Source: Dicyema japonicum
Taxonomy: Eukaryota > Animalia > Dicyemida
Length of the DNA: 64,000 nt
Direction of reading: 5' to 3'
NCBI GenBank assembly: GCA_011109175.1
Contig: RDEW01000042.1
Coordinates: forward strand, 254,504-318,503
Part shown: one piece after another, positions 50,289 to 62,904 of the stretch
Layout of the letters: every line of letters starts with the position of its first letter
How positions within the stretch are numbered: the first letter of the stretch is position 1
Translations under genes and position numbers: made by a program
Notes under the pieces: model-generated
Seen by the model: the letters and a program-made list of their open reading frames with translations, nothing else
What the model was told of the DNA's origin: nothing
Database searches by the model: none

Positions 50289-51331
50289 TAGGGCGAATTT
50301 TTTTAAACCTAAAAACTAAAAAAATTAACCCAAAAATTTAACTTTATAACTAACAAAAAAACACTAAAACTTTTTGTTACACATGCAAATTACATAATTT
50401 TCTAAATTTCCTGGTAGAAAATGTCTGTTGGATTAAGAAAATTCTTTATCTCAGAAAAACATTGTTCAACCGAGCACTAAGTTGGCTAACAATTCAGGAG
50501 TAATGAATACTCGGCAGGAGATATGTGTGAAGCCTTTTATTTATGTATTCTTTAATAAATTTGTTGTCATTATTAAATTCCAACGATTCTAAACCATCAC
50601 ATGCTTGTTCAATTCTGAAGCGTGTACTTTGGTAATATCTGCAATAGCGACATTATTCGGAAACCTGGAATGTTCGAATAGCTTCAGATAAGGTCACATA
50701 AACTCCGTAAAACAATTCTCTAAGCCACGCCATAGATAGTTTGTTTACTGGAATATCAGACTTTATAAATGCTCTGGTTACTTGTAGAGCCCAATCATCA
50801 TTTTTGGAATATTGGTCAATGTGTGTTTGGTGCGATTCGGTCAGATTATCTAGAAAAAAATAATTGTTATATCACAAAATTCAATGAATTTTTATCAAAA
50901 TAAATTTTGATGGGAATTTACAAAATGCCTTTTTTTTCCTTTTCTCGCATGCCTCTTCTCGCATTTTATATTACACAGAGTCGACAATATAGCGCAGAAT
51001 CCTCAGAATCATAAATTCTTTAGGATAATACTCTACAATGGCATTAGCTTTAATTTGGTACTATTTTGCTATCTTAGGTATGTGAACCAAAAGTTTTAGT
51101 GGCAAAATATATTATTAATAGTTAATTTAAAAAAAATAATAAATTAAATTTAGGATAATACTCTACAATGGCATTAGCTTTAATTTGGTACTATTTTGCT
51201 ATCTTAGGTATGTGAACCAAAAGTTTTAGTGGCAAAATATATTATTAATAGTTAATTTAAAAAAAATAATAAATTAAATCAAAAATTATAAGGTTAAAAT
51301 AATTTTAACTTTTTTAACTTAGTTCGCCCTA
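50289..51331 (-). mobile_element. Internally deleted hAT DNA transposon (CGGBP-like BED finger, hAT C-terminus)
   Basis: TIR tagggcgaa / ttcgcccta; perfect 8-bp TSD ccgatgat at 50281-50288 and 51332-51339; YPKEF..LYCRLC, VTRAFIKSDIPVNKL, VEQCFSEIKNFL. Confidence 0.85.
51019..51279. repeat. Perfect tandem duplication, period 130 bp
   Basis: tttaggataatactctacaatgg..aaattaaat occurs twice back to back. Confidence 0.95.
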
Positions 51332-51579
51332 CCGATGATACACGACAAAAACAATTTATTACGTGTAATTTAAAAAGAAATAAAAAACTAACAAAATTAA
51401 AAAATAATGTGATTTCCACTGCAAAACGGAGAGTTACTCACAAAGTATAGAAACTACAAAANCTGAGCAAGCTTACTTGATGTTCGTTAAAACAAATTGT
51501 TTGTAAAGAAGCATCAACGAAAAGATGAAGGATAGCAGAGAATGTGAAAAGGATTTAAGAATTCAATTTTGGATCCATG

Positions 51580-51960
51580 AAGTTAAAAGGTCCACTTGAT
51601 GTGTAAATGATAACAGGGGGGTCCTAGTGACTTCTTATAAGGAGGGGGAATTTCTAGTGGGAAACGGAGAATAATATAAAATGAATGCCGGCGTTGTCCA
51701 TATCTCTTTTCGGGATGAGGTAACAATCGTTCCATGTGACTTTCCCGGGTGAGACTTTTAAGTAGTTTCTCAAGAACCAAAGATACATATTTAATGTCTT
51801 TTGTGCGGACCGCCTCCTCGAGTCTTAGATATTTTCCTCAATCATGAGATCATCAGCGTACGACGAAAAAATTGAATGTTGGATAATTAAAAGGACATCA
51901 CTTAAAAGCACATTAAATATTGTCGGAGATTCTAACAGACGATCCTCCTAGTTCTTTCGA
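51580..51960 (-). mobile_element. LINE RT fragment
   Basis: SYADDL near 51850-51865; IKYVSL(G)-like remnant. Confidence 0.5.
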
Positions 51961-52799
51961 TTTTAGGATGGACAAGATCCTACGTTATCAACCACTTCCT
52001 CTGTTCTGAACATCAGGTTTCCAATGTCTCTAAGTCGTTACCCCGTCATCTCACAAGAAGGAAAGCAATCTTTCATCCCTCATAAAGCTAAGCAATATAA
52101 CTTAACCACGTGGCTACATTATTAGAAATTCTATTAACTATATATACCACATATAAATTTCTTGTATGCTGATCAAATTACGACAGCAGTTCTGTTACAT
52201 TACATTATTATTGCCTTATAGTGGACATAACCTCTCGTTCTCTGATCTTCTAAGATAAACTAAATGATGGACTAAGATACATTGGATACGTGAAAATTGA
52301 CTTCTCTATACTTGAGAAATCCGTTACATCTCTATTCACCACGGACAAGAAAATGTCAATTGAAGTGGATAAGAAAACATTACGATTTAAGATTGACAAA
52401 AAATCCCGGGAGTGATGTTGGTACACATTGTGTTTCTCGTGGTATGTTGGAAATGTGCTAAAGAAATGTGAGAAAAAATCAACCTGAAAAGCTTAACGGG
52501 GCTGAGGAAAATAGGGAACGATTACAAAAAAAGGCTTTTGGAGTGAAATTAAGGTGTCTACGGACAAAAAGAACATTATGTCGACATCATAATCAGAATG
52601 AATAACAGAAGAGACTGATACAACGTGAACTTGACTCCAATGTACTTTTGTAGGATCGAGGGAGGAGCAGCCAGCCAAGATGAGAGTCTGGATAACATCT
52701 GTGGGATCATGACGACGTCACTGATTAAGCCAAAGCATCGGAGATCCGTAGAACCTTCAGTCGAAATATACAGCAACGAGATTTGAATTATGATCCATC

Positions 52800-53270
52800 A
52801 GACCTTGTGTCCGGCACTCGTTACACTCTCTTTACACTGGAGATCAGTCTATTATAAATCTTAACTTTGTTATTTTTAATAAAACGGAATTACGATAAAG
52901 AACATGGTCATCTGCGGTGATCTGAACAGTAAACACTCACATTGGCTAACACGTATCATGCAGACGGCCGAGGAAAATTCATCTAAGGTTTCTTGGTGAC
53001 CTGATCATCCTCAACAACCCAGATTCTCATAGAAGGATTTCTCAAAAATTACTAATAAACCCAGATCCCCTGATATTACTTTATTTTCTGCCTCATTAAT
53101 GGAACTATCCACTTTTAACATCCGTTTTGATTTTTTTGGTAACCATAACCCCATTATTCCTTAAATATCAGACTTTTGCGTACCTCCAAACGGGAAAATT
53201 CAAAAATTTTGCAAATTTCGTGACTTCATTAAGTACTTGGACTCTCATATTTCTGGTATGCAGATAACAG
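52800..53270 (+). mobile_element. LINE APE endonuclease fragment
   Basis: MVICGDLNSKHSHW..ILNNP..PDITLFS..NHNPII. Confidence 0.55.
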
Positions 53271-53275
53271 ATATC

Positions 53276-53556
53276 ATGGTTGAGTTCGATTCTCGCTGCT
53301 GTTCACCTGGTGGAAGGTTCCACGCATCTACGATGCGGAAAGGGCTTGACGAGTGACGCCATCATCAGTGGAGATTCACTGCGGAACTGATAGTCTAAGG
53401 GACATACACACAAGAAAAATAAAAAACAAAGAAGTGAAAAGCATTCCTTGGTTCTCCCTCTACGATTAGTTATAATAACTTTCTTTAAATAAAGTGTGTG
53501 TTCTGCACGAGCGAAACCCTAGGCATCTTACGTGCTTATGGCAACGCGGTAGTGCT
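53276..53556 (+). mobile_element. SINE family 1, copy B (truncated at the B box)
   Basis: High identity to the reverse complement of 28030-28258 (gttcgattctcgctgctgttcacctggtggaaggttccacgcatctacgatgc..). Confidence 0.85.
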
Positions 53557-53649
53557 TAAAAAATACAACTCCTATATACAGTGTACACACTCTACTTAAC
53601 ATCTGGAAGAATAATCATTATTATTTTAAAAATCTCAACTAAAAAAAGT

Positions 53650-54075
53650 TATCTTCTCGTCGCTTCTGCAACATCGTGAACCATCCTCCGTGCCGATTCC
53701 CCCACGCTCTTCGTGGCCAATTTTTCAAAGGACATGTAGGTCGTGTGCATTTTCGAGTTTCTAATTTATTAATAATCAATATCTTGATTATGCAAATCTT
53801 GATTTCCAATGCTTTCTATTGTAGTGCTAAGACATTCCACAGTCCCTAAAGTGTATTCTTCATAGTCTTTATTAAGTTCGCCGAATACTTAGTTTCCTGA
53901 AAGAGTACAACAGACTTTCCGTAATGCTTTAGATCTTGGCAAAGCTGAATTTTTCGTATTTAAAACTGATTCCTCCCACTTAAAAGCCATTAAGCTGAAA
54001 TTCTTTCTTCCATAGTGTATTTGAGAACTACCAGCACTGAACACTAGAGAGGGACGTCACCGCCTCAACCATTAC
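53650..54075 (-). mobile_element. RTE-like 5' end/endonuclease relic
   Basis: 5' motif shared with 26458-26482; QLCQDLKHY..CCT.QETK-like remnants. Confidence 0.5.
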
Positions 54076-55479
54076 TCATATTCTAAAACTTGCCTGCCAG
54101 TCAGTCATTAAGCAGAATTGACTGCTACAGTAGTCTGAAGTATTATTGAAAAAAATAGGCTGGAATCTATTAATGACACGTTTTGGGCATGGAAATCCTT
54201 CCTAAAAATTCCAACCTTTTAATATTTGCTGAACAGTCGACCCATGTGGCCGAATCCTTAACGCTGTCTTCTTCTGTGAGAGAGCTAATTGAGAAAAGTA
54301 GGATGTTTGTTTAGCACTATTTTAGTAATTTACCACCTTATTTGCGTTTTGGAGGGATATTTGGTCAATTTTGAGGTCGAAAATTTCATCTAGATTCTTA
54401 TGAAGACTGTCCTGCCTTTATTATCGCATTTTCACAACTGGGATACTTTCCTTTTCTACTAATGTTTGGATATCTTATGACTGTAGACTCTCTCTCTATG
54501 GATAGAGCATTGATTATAGTCTGTTTTTTAATCGATCTGGATTGGCATCACATTTTCAGAAATGCACGGATTAATTTCTTCGCACTCTCGTCGCATACCA
54601 ACCCTCACTTCTCACATATTCCGATTCCGACATGACCTGCGGAGTCTCTTGATGAGAAGACTAGGAAATTTTATTTCCTTTACTACGATTTTGTGGTGAA
54701 TTTACCAAGGAGACATCCAACAGAAACAACGGCAGTGGATTTTGGTAAGTTTGTGTTGAATAAATGTAGATCTCCTGATTTCCATGGAGCCTTATCCCAC
54801 CTTTGCGAGCATCTGGCCTGAGTTGGTGGATAATAATGGTGGGGTTTGTGTTTATATAAGGGTAGACTGTACAAATCCACAAATATATGATCGCTATTCC
54901 TGAACCAGAGAACATGTGCCTACATAAGGACCAATTAATGCAGTTTATATAGAAATACCTGAATTTGGTGAGATTTGGGCCCATTTAGACGTTTTTAACT
55001 TCAAATCGAGCCTATTTGGTGTCCTTTTATATGACACGGACCTTGTTGTGAGGCATAACGTTATCAAGGTAACTACTCAAATTTAGTGTAGATTCTGCTT
55101 TAGACTCCAAATTTGATTATACTTCGGCTACCAATGACTTGTCTGGACAGTGGAGCTATGTGGTCTTGGACCAGGATACCAACAGAGTTAGGTCGAAAAA
55201 AAACTTCACATGAATTGTAGAGAAGAAATCCTTATTTAGTGTACTGAAGACTATTTGGTTGTGTTTTATCATTGTGGAGACTCTTAGTGGGGTCGGAACT
55301 ATCCTCTTCAAAATTTGTTATGATAATTTTAGTAACTGACCGGTAGGTGTACAAAAATTTGACGAATTTCTTAGAAAATTAGCTGTCAGGTGACAACTTT
55401 GTTTTTATTCTTTAAAATCTTAATAGCTACACGTGGGCCAAAAAGGTCCTAAAATTTGGTTAGTTTGAAATTTACTTAG

Positions 55480-57100
55480 TTATTTCGACTTCATTGCCTG
55501 TTCTCAGGCATTAGTTAGTGCTAGACGCTCCCACAAGTCTCTGATGTTCACAAGAAATCCCAGGCAGGAGAAAGATTCTTGTAGAATCAATAATAACTGG
55601 ACGGGTGGAGGAAGTCAAGAGCCCGATTCGTATTTTAGGAGGAAATATCCAGAATATAATTGTGATAGGTCCTCTTCATTTCTTTGTCTAGGGTGGTCTT
55701 CAAGTCATCCACCAGTGGGGGATGGCTATCCAGTAGACCGTTCAAAACCAGTCTTCTGATTGCTTTGGTGGAGATTATCGCCTTTAACTGTTTTATCAGA
55801 GAATAGCTCAGGAATCTTTATCAGTTTGCGAACAGGTTTGCTATGGTAGGGATTATCATACGGCAGTTCGTTTTGTGGTTCAATAAGTGGCAAGGGTGGT
55901 CTGGTTCCATGGCTTTGTTTAAAAAATTGGAGGTTCCTCATGTAGATGTGACCCTCCACTGAGAGAATGGTGGTTTCTCGGTAAAAGTCTTTACTTGTTT
56001 TTTTCTTACAGATATCCTGGTAAGTTATTTATGTAAAAGTTGATGATCCGACATGTAATCAGTTGGCTTTTCAGCATTATATCTGGAATAAGATTTTTGG
56101 ATCTATCCTTGTATTTTTTTGAGCTGTTAATCAAAATCAAAGGTTTTCTTTTCAATGTACAATTCCATTAGATTTTTTAGCAAATTATGTCAGACATGAT
56201 TCCTGAGCACATTGACTTTGTCTTATTACGCACATCTAGAACCTTCTCCTCAACGCCTGAGGTTCTCCCGAACTACATTTTCTTCAACTCAATTGGTGTC
56301 ATGGGTTAGCTATTGCCTATGATGTTTAACCCATGAGTCATATAATTGACAACTCAAAATGTTAATAGGTTATTTTAGACAAGCGAGCTAGTCATTGTAC
56401 TGATAGAAGGAGACACCTTTAGACCTACGGAACCTAGCTAAATGTTGATAGGCATGCACATACTTCGAATACCCGACATTAAGTAGTTGGAAACTTTTAA
56501 TATCACCCGAGTCCAACGACATGCTCATAAAAGAACAGAGTTCCTTTTCAGAACTATGTTACCAGGAGCTTAAATGTGTCAAAAATCAAGAGCATAATCA
56601 TTTAAATTCAACAAAAATCCATTAAAACTAAGAATAGCTCAAGATTTACGAATTTTACTAAACTGCAGAATCCAGTCAACACAAGCATCGATATTTTGTC
56701 TTGTCTTGCATGAACAGAGGTACATAATGAATTTCCTATCCGTGATGCTCTTTAATCTCCTTAATGTCAATCACAAAACTACAGCAAATACTCGAGTTCC
56801 TCATAATGCAAAGTTTAATTCAAATCTGCCTTATTTGCCATGATGAGTATAGGAATTGGGTTTGACTCTAATTCCAGCAGTAAATCGTGGAGATCTTCTC
56901 TGATTGACATGATGTCCTGTCCATCAGTGGAATCCATCACAAATCTAATGATAGAGCCACATGGGTACATAATAACGTCGGCCGTAGGACAGTCGAAGCT
57001 CCATAGGGCTCGATAAAATTCACCTCCTGGTAAGTCATTAAGTTTTATATTGACCCCTTTCAGTTCAAATTCGTGAATTACAGAACTAATCGAGGGAATA
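55480..57100 (-). mobile_element. LINE RT and 3' fragments
   Basis: RNLQFFKQSHGTRP similar to 57730-57775; degenerate YADD near 56975-56990. Confidence 0.5.
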
Positions 57101-57344
57101 GTTTCAGGGTAAAAAATATTTTTCTAAAATTAGTAAGTTATTTTTACGTGCAATACATTGGCTAAGCATGACTTTCCAGATGAAAGGGGACCGACCAAAC
57201 ATATGTTTAATTCTGGTTTCCGAAGACCAAGGAAATTTGAAATTCGCCTTTTCATTGAAATGTTAAATTTTAAAAATAATTTATCTGAAATTACTTATTT
57301 TTATTAATTTAGTTATTAACTCAGAAATTAATAAAATAAATAAA

Positions 57345-59400
57345 TAACCTCTGCCTCGTTACTTTATAGGTGCCCGGTCATCCTCAGACGTCCAAATGCT
57401 AGTGGTGGACGTTTGCACAGTTCATCGATGTTCAGGGTGGAGAAAGCTTCTTTTAGAATTAATGATAATTGGTTTGGTGATGGAATCCAAGGGGAAGTCC
57501 TCAGAACGTAGTTGTTCTAGGGTCAGCCTCGTTTCTCTGTCGAGAGATCCACCTAGCAGATCTTCTAAACCAGTCTTCGGATGACTTTGGTCGAGACGTG
57601 GTCATGTGTTGTGTTTGACTTGATCCTATCGGGAGGTGGCTAAGGAATTTTAGCCAATTCACGAAACAGGTGAGTTATGGTCGGAATTATCTTTCTGCAG
57701 TTCTTTGTGTGAGTTAGAAAGTGGAAATGATGGTCTGGTTCCGTGGTTTCGTTTAAAAATTGGAGGTTGCTCATCCAAAAGTTATTTTACACGTGGAGAA
57801 TGGTGAATTCCCAGTGGGGGTTGTCGGACTGTGTGAATTTGTTGCATACTAGTAATTGTTCAAAGAGTTCTATTTGGATTCTTTAAAGATTTTGGATGCT
57901 CCAGGCTTCGAGGGATGAGATCTAGGAGGGCTCATGTAGTTCAAGGTGGTCCTGATATACCGTTTGTAGATTATTCTGAAGGTTTACTTGTCCTGACTGA
58001 AGATAGAACCGGCAGATGGCGTTCATTTTCTTGTTTTCTATTACAACCACGTGGTCCACGTGGCAGGAGAATGTAAGGCATTAGTCGTGGATTAATACTT
58101 AGATTTTTGGTGTTTTTGAGATAGGGAAAACTTCTCCGAAGATCTACAACTTTGGTTTTATTAAGCTAACGTCAGTTGGTAGTGAACACTGTGACGCTGG
58201 ACTTAGAAGGGAAGAAGTGATCGGTTAACCAAGCCTCTAGGGCAGTGTTTCTTAACGTGGTCCCCAGAAATATTTTTAGAAAAAAAATTATTTAATTTTT
58301 ATTATTTGTCGCATTAGAATATTTAATTAATTTTATTCCACGTGTTTTTTTGTTATTTGATTGTAGTGGTTAATCGCAAATGGAATGATTCTTATGTCCA
58401 ATATGGATTTACCCAATACACTGGATTCATAAATATTCACTCGCTACATAAACTCTGCCATTTGAGCTAAAAAATGTACTTGATTCAACAGTCAAGGTTA
58501 TGAATTTGATTCGAGGTAGGGCTACAAATCATCGACTTTTTAAAATACTCTGTGAAGAATTAGGAACATATCATTCAGTGCTTTTATTTCATACTGAAGT
58601 ACGTTGGTTATCAAGAGGTAAAATACCATCATGGGTTGCCGAGCTGCCATTAGTTTATTTTTACGAGATATTGGGTCGACCGAATTTGCCGATTTATTTA
58701 ACAACGATATTTTCATGCTTAAACTATATTGGCTGACATATTTAGTATTTTTAATGAATTAAACTTATCACTACAAGGTATTTTTATTAATTATTTAAGG
58801 TAATAATGCTTCCAACATTGAAGCTATGGAAAAATGTCTGCGTTTAAAGAAAAATTGTGACTATGGAGGAGAAAAATACGAAATAACAACGCTTCAATGT
58901 TTCCGATGGTAGAAAATAAGATTGGTGATAATGAACCTGAAAAATGGTTTTCTTTGATTATTGATCATCTCGAAAATCTTGAAGACGATATGAGAATGGC
59001 ACTTACCAACATTGTACCAAAATTGAACAGCTAGTTTCTGAAAAGCAGGATCAAAAATCACACTAACTCTAAATATTATGATTTTTTTAATTTTGTTAGT
59101 TTTTTTTATTAAATTGTTTTGTTACATGTGGTCCCCAGAAAAATTCAACAGACTAAAGTGGTCCCCGGTCAAAAAAGGTTAAGAAACACTGCTCTAAGGA
59201 ATCCAAGTGTGTATGGAGACGGGGTGTGGAGGAGTTAATGTTTCTATCTCTAGACTCGAAGATCAAGTCATCCACATATGACAGGACCAGTATATCTTCC
59301 AGCTGGGGTATGCTATTCAGGTAGGAATAAAGCTGGAGAGAGGGCAGACCCTTGAGAGACTCAGTTTGGAAGATAACGAGCATGAGATTTCTTTGACATA
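57345..59400 (-). mobile_element. 5'-truncated LINE split by a hAT insertion
   Basis: SYVDDLIF..HLDSLE continues as AWLTDH on the far side of the insertion; (TTTA)-like tail near 57330-57345. Confidence 0.7.
58243..59191 (+). mobile_element. Internally deleted hAT Buster/Charlie-type transposon
   Basis: TIR cagtgtttcttaac / gttaagaaacactg; TSD ctctaggg / ctctaagg (NNNTANNN); LLFHTEVRWLSRGK, YLADIF..NELNLSLQG; 22-nt intron 58778-58799. Confidence 0.92.
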
Positions 59401-60399
59401 ATCATAAAGTTCTAAAAGAAACAATCAAGTCTATTTAATGTGGGGGGTAATTCGTTACAATAACAAATATTTTAAAACGACGGTGCCTACTCAACCGGCA
59501 AAGATAAACACTTTATAGTCCGTTATAAAAACACTTTTCATTAAAGATAGTTGCATTCGGGGATTCACACAAAAGAGTTATCTAGAAAATAGTAAATTTA
59601 AATCAGAACGAAATAAAGAGATGAACTGATAGAGAAATAAGAAATCATTGAATAATCAAGTTTTTGACGTAAAAAGCTGAAAGAGAAAAATTCAATTTGA
59701 GATCAACCAGCTTAAACTATAAAATTCAGAAAGTCTAAGAATTGAGAGTTTGATTAATTAATATGCAAGGTTTTGAGTGAACATTATGTACAGAAACCAA
59801 TGAAGACATACGGAAGCATAAATCTTAATCGTTGAGGCAAAAATTACAAGAATCGAAGAAATTCAGAATGAATTAGACCTATAACAAATTGAATGTAAAA
59901 CTAATTTAGTCCAGGAAAAAATAAACGATTGGCAAAAATATGGAAGAATTGCAACGTTAAAAAATCCTAAAAATTTAAATAGTCCTAAGCAAAAAAAACT
60001 TTGCCGTTTAAACAAAAAAGTTTTATTATACATTTAAGATTGAAGATATTAAATTAGAAAATACAAATATTAAATAATAAATTAACAAATGCGAATCAAA
60101 AATTAAAACATTTGTAGGAAAAATAAAGTTTTAATTTTCTTTTTTTTTTAATAAATTTTTAAATTTATTTTTAATTTTCTTAAATTTTGAAAAAATTCCC
60201 TTACCAGATCTCCTCACTAGGTTCTTGCGGAGTACAGAAAATAATAAGTAGGAACTAGACGTTAGTTAACATTACAATATTATCGAACATAATTACGAAA
60301 AATTATTAAACAGGATTAATAATTATACTAATCACTTAAATCATTTCTATTATTGCAAACCAAGTGGCACCATTTGGTGCTATTTGGCTAATTGGTTTA

Positions 60400-60640
60400 A
60401 ACTTTCTTTTCCTTACCTCTGATAACGTCACTAGATGTACCTTACTCAAAAGACACCCAATGCCTAGCCGGCAGTCATAAGGATCCAACTAATCGGGAGA
60501 CAATTTCGCTCCTTGGCGACAAGTTCTTGAATTGACCCCAGTTCCCCGGACAAGTCCTTTGGATCACTGTTCTTGTATGACGGTACTATTGGAACGCGCC
60601 AGGAGCAAAGAATAGTTAGTTTGGTTTTACCCCCAGTTTT
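60400..60640 (-). mobile_element. RT relic
   Basis: CRQGAKLSP; similar to 2860-3080. Confidence 0.45.
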
Positions 60641-60689
60641 TGGAACAAATTATTTATTTTTGTTAGAAAGGTTACATATTACATAATAA

Positions 60690-60920
60690 AACAATAAAAA
60701 TAATCCAGCTGATAGGATGGAATAGCTGTTTCCCCTGACAACTACTATAGAAATCCTATGGAACAGACATTCGGTTCCCCGACGATAATTGCTCACTTTC
60801 ATATCATTGAACCTACGATCTTAAAAAAGTGACCGTCTTTCACCTGAAGACTCCACTTGTCTCAATCACAGCGGGCTGAATATTGAATTTGTTGGAGTGT
60901 CTGTCGTATTTTCTTATTTA
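60690..60920 (-). mobile_element. CRE-like element 3' fragment
   Basis: IRKYD..IQPAVIETSGVF..LFHRISIVVVRGNSYSILSAG. Confidence 0.65.
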
Positions 60921-60947
60921 TATTTTTATGGATAGCACAATATAATA

Positions 60948-61202
60948 GTGTCAGCATCTATGATGCTTTTGAGATTGATGAGTGAGTCTTTCATCAGTGA
61001 TTCATAAATGCACCCGAGGTTGTCTGAGGGACACACATGGTAGGAAAAAGAAAAGAACATCTTTGCTGTCTTTGATTGATGGATTTGAATAATTTGTGTG
61101 ACTGTTCTTTGTTTTTTAAATAAAGTGTGAGTCCCACCTAAGCTGAGATGAGTAGTGGAAACATTACTACTCCTGGAAGAAGGGCAGAATTATTATTATT
61201 TT
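60948..61202 (+). mobile_element. SINE family 1, diverged headless copy D
   Basis: gcatctatgatgc..ttgatgagtgagtctttcatcagtg..tgtctgagggacacac..aaataaagtgtgagtccc..(TTA)n. Confidence 0.6.
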
Positions 61203-61619
61203 AATAGTGTCAGTTTCATCCCAATCGATGTAATCTGTTGTTGAAGCAAAGGGCTTCACCTCCTCTTTTGTCGGGGCAACAGCTGCTGGTTTCCGAGGAA
61301 TATCATCAATTACTAGGTTGTGGAGCGCTCTTTTGAGGGGGTTCGATTCCTGTAGGCTCTTGAACCTGTGGTCTTAGTCCGTAGAGATGAAAAGCGCTCT
61401 GTCGGCATCACGGTCTTCCATCTCTCTTGGGAGAAATGTCTGTAATTGGCTTGATAAATTAAAAAATTGAGATCATGTGCTGTAACTTTTATTTTATTGT
61501 AACCGTAATGACATGCGACATTAAACAATAAATTCGAGAGCCATGCTATACTGTTAACAAAAATCAACATTTCAATATATAGCAACACCATTGATGAACC
61601 ATCAATATTTATTAACCAT

Positions 61620-62900
61620 CAAACTCACTAATTAAAGTTAGAGAGAAAATCAAAGGCCAAGAAACCAGTTTTGAGTTTGAAATATGGCTTTAGGGGCAAC
61701 AGCTATGAGAAGCCCTATGCCTTTTCTTCATTCATTGCATCCTACATCCCCTTTGAATTAGGCATCCAAGAGAAGTAATATTTCCTAATGCTTTTAGTAT
61801 TGAGATGGCAGTTTCAATTTTAAATCAAATCGATAAGCATTTGACAGCATATCTTCTAGAATCTAGATCTATACTCAACAAGTTCGCTCCTCTCGTTGCT
61901 TTGATACCATTCATGAAAACCATGGTTAAATATTCGCTAAATATACATACAAAGTGACCAGACTTCAACATCACAGTTGTTTTTTTCCTTCTGTCATTAA
62001 CGTAATTTTTGTATACTTCAAGGTCCTTTAGACTATCCAGGATCTTGATTTGACTGGTATTAACATAGCCATTCATTCTTTCTAATTAAAGAAAGAATAC
62101 AAATTAACCTGGACCGGATCACGGAAAATGGAAAACCGGCTCATGGTGAATGCAGAAAAGTCGTCCACGTCCCTTTTTACCTTGGAAAAAATTGGGAGGA
62201 AGACAGTAACCTTGAAGTTAAACAAGGTCGACATCTCTGTCAAAAATACCAAGGATCTTGGTTGTGACACTTGATGTGCATCTCTGTTTGACACCACACG
62301 TAGAAAACATTCTGTTGAAATGCCAAGTGAACGTATTGAAAAGTTAATCGTGAATATGGAAGCTTTATTATTTGAGCTTCTGGTAATTAGATGATCTATT
62401 AAAGACTACTCTTTCCATAATCTTTGAAATAGTGAGATAAGACTAATTGGCCTTTATTTTCTGCATCTACAAGTGTTCTTTTCCAAGTAGAGGGAATATG
62501 TCCTAACCTCAAGAAGAACAGAAGCAACATTAATTAGTGGTAAGTCTACCTTTTCGAAAACCATTACTGGTATAAGTCCCAACCAGGAGCTTTGTTTTTA
62601 CATCCTCCAATTGATAGTTTATTTCATCAAGAGAAAAGGTTTCAGATAAAGGCCCTTCTCCAGACGAAGCTACCTTGCTATCATTAAACTCATTTTGAAT
62701 CTCGTGTGGAATCAAGGATCATGGATTCATTTCTTGAATCAGAACAAGGGTCCTTCCCAACGCATCTGGCACTTCTTTAGGGATCAAAGCACCACATGAT
62801 ATTTGGGAATTATCCCCTTTCCTTTTTATCGGAACAACACATCTTTGAAAAAAGTTTTGGATTATTTCGGGAGAATCTTTTCTATTTCCCCCTGTCGAAT
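61620..62900 (-). mobile_element. Degraded LINE ORF2 fragments
   Basis: LRLGHIPSTWKR..RPISL..SKIMERV remnants near 62400-62520. Confidence 0.5.
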
Positions 62901-62904
62901 GCAA

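Noticed and set aside
59560-60130. Lys/Glu/Asn-rich coiled-coil-like stretch
   Set aside because: Multiple stops and low complexity; no assignable product
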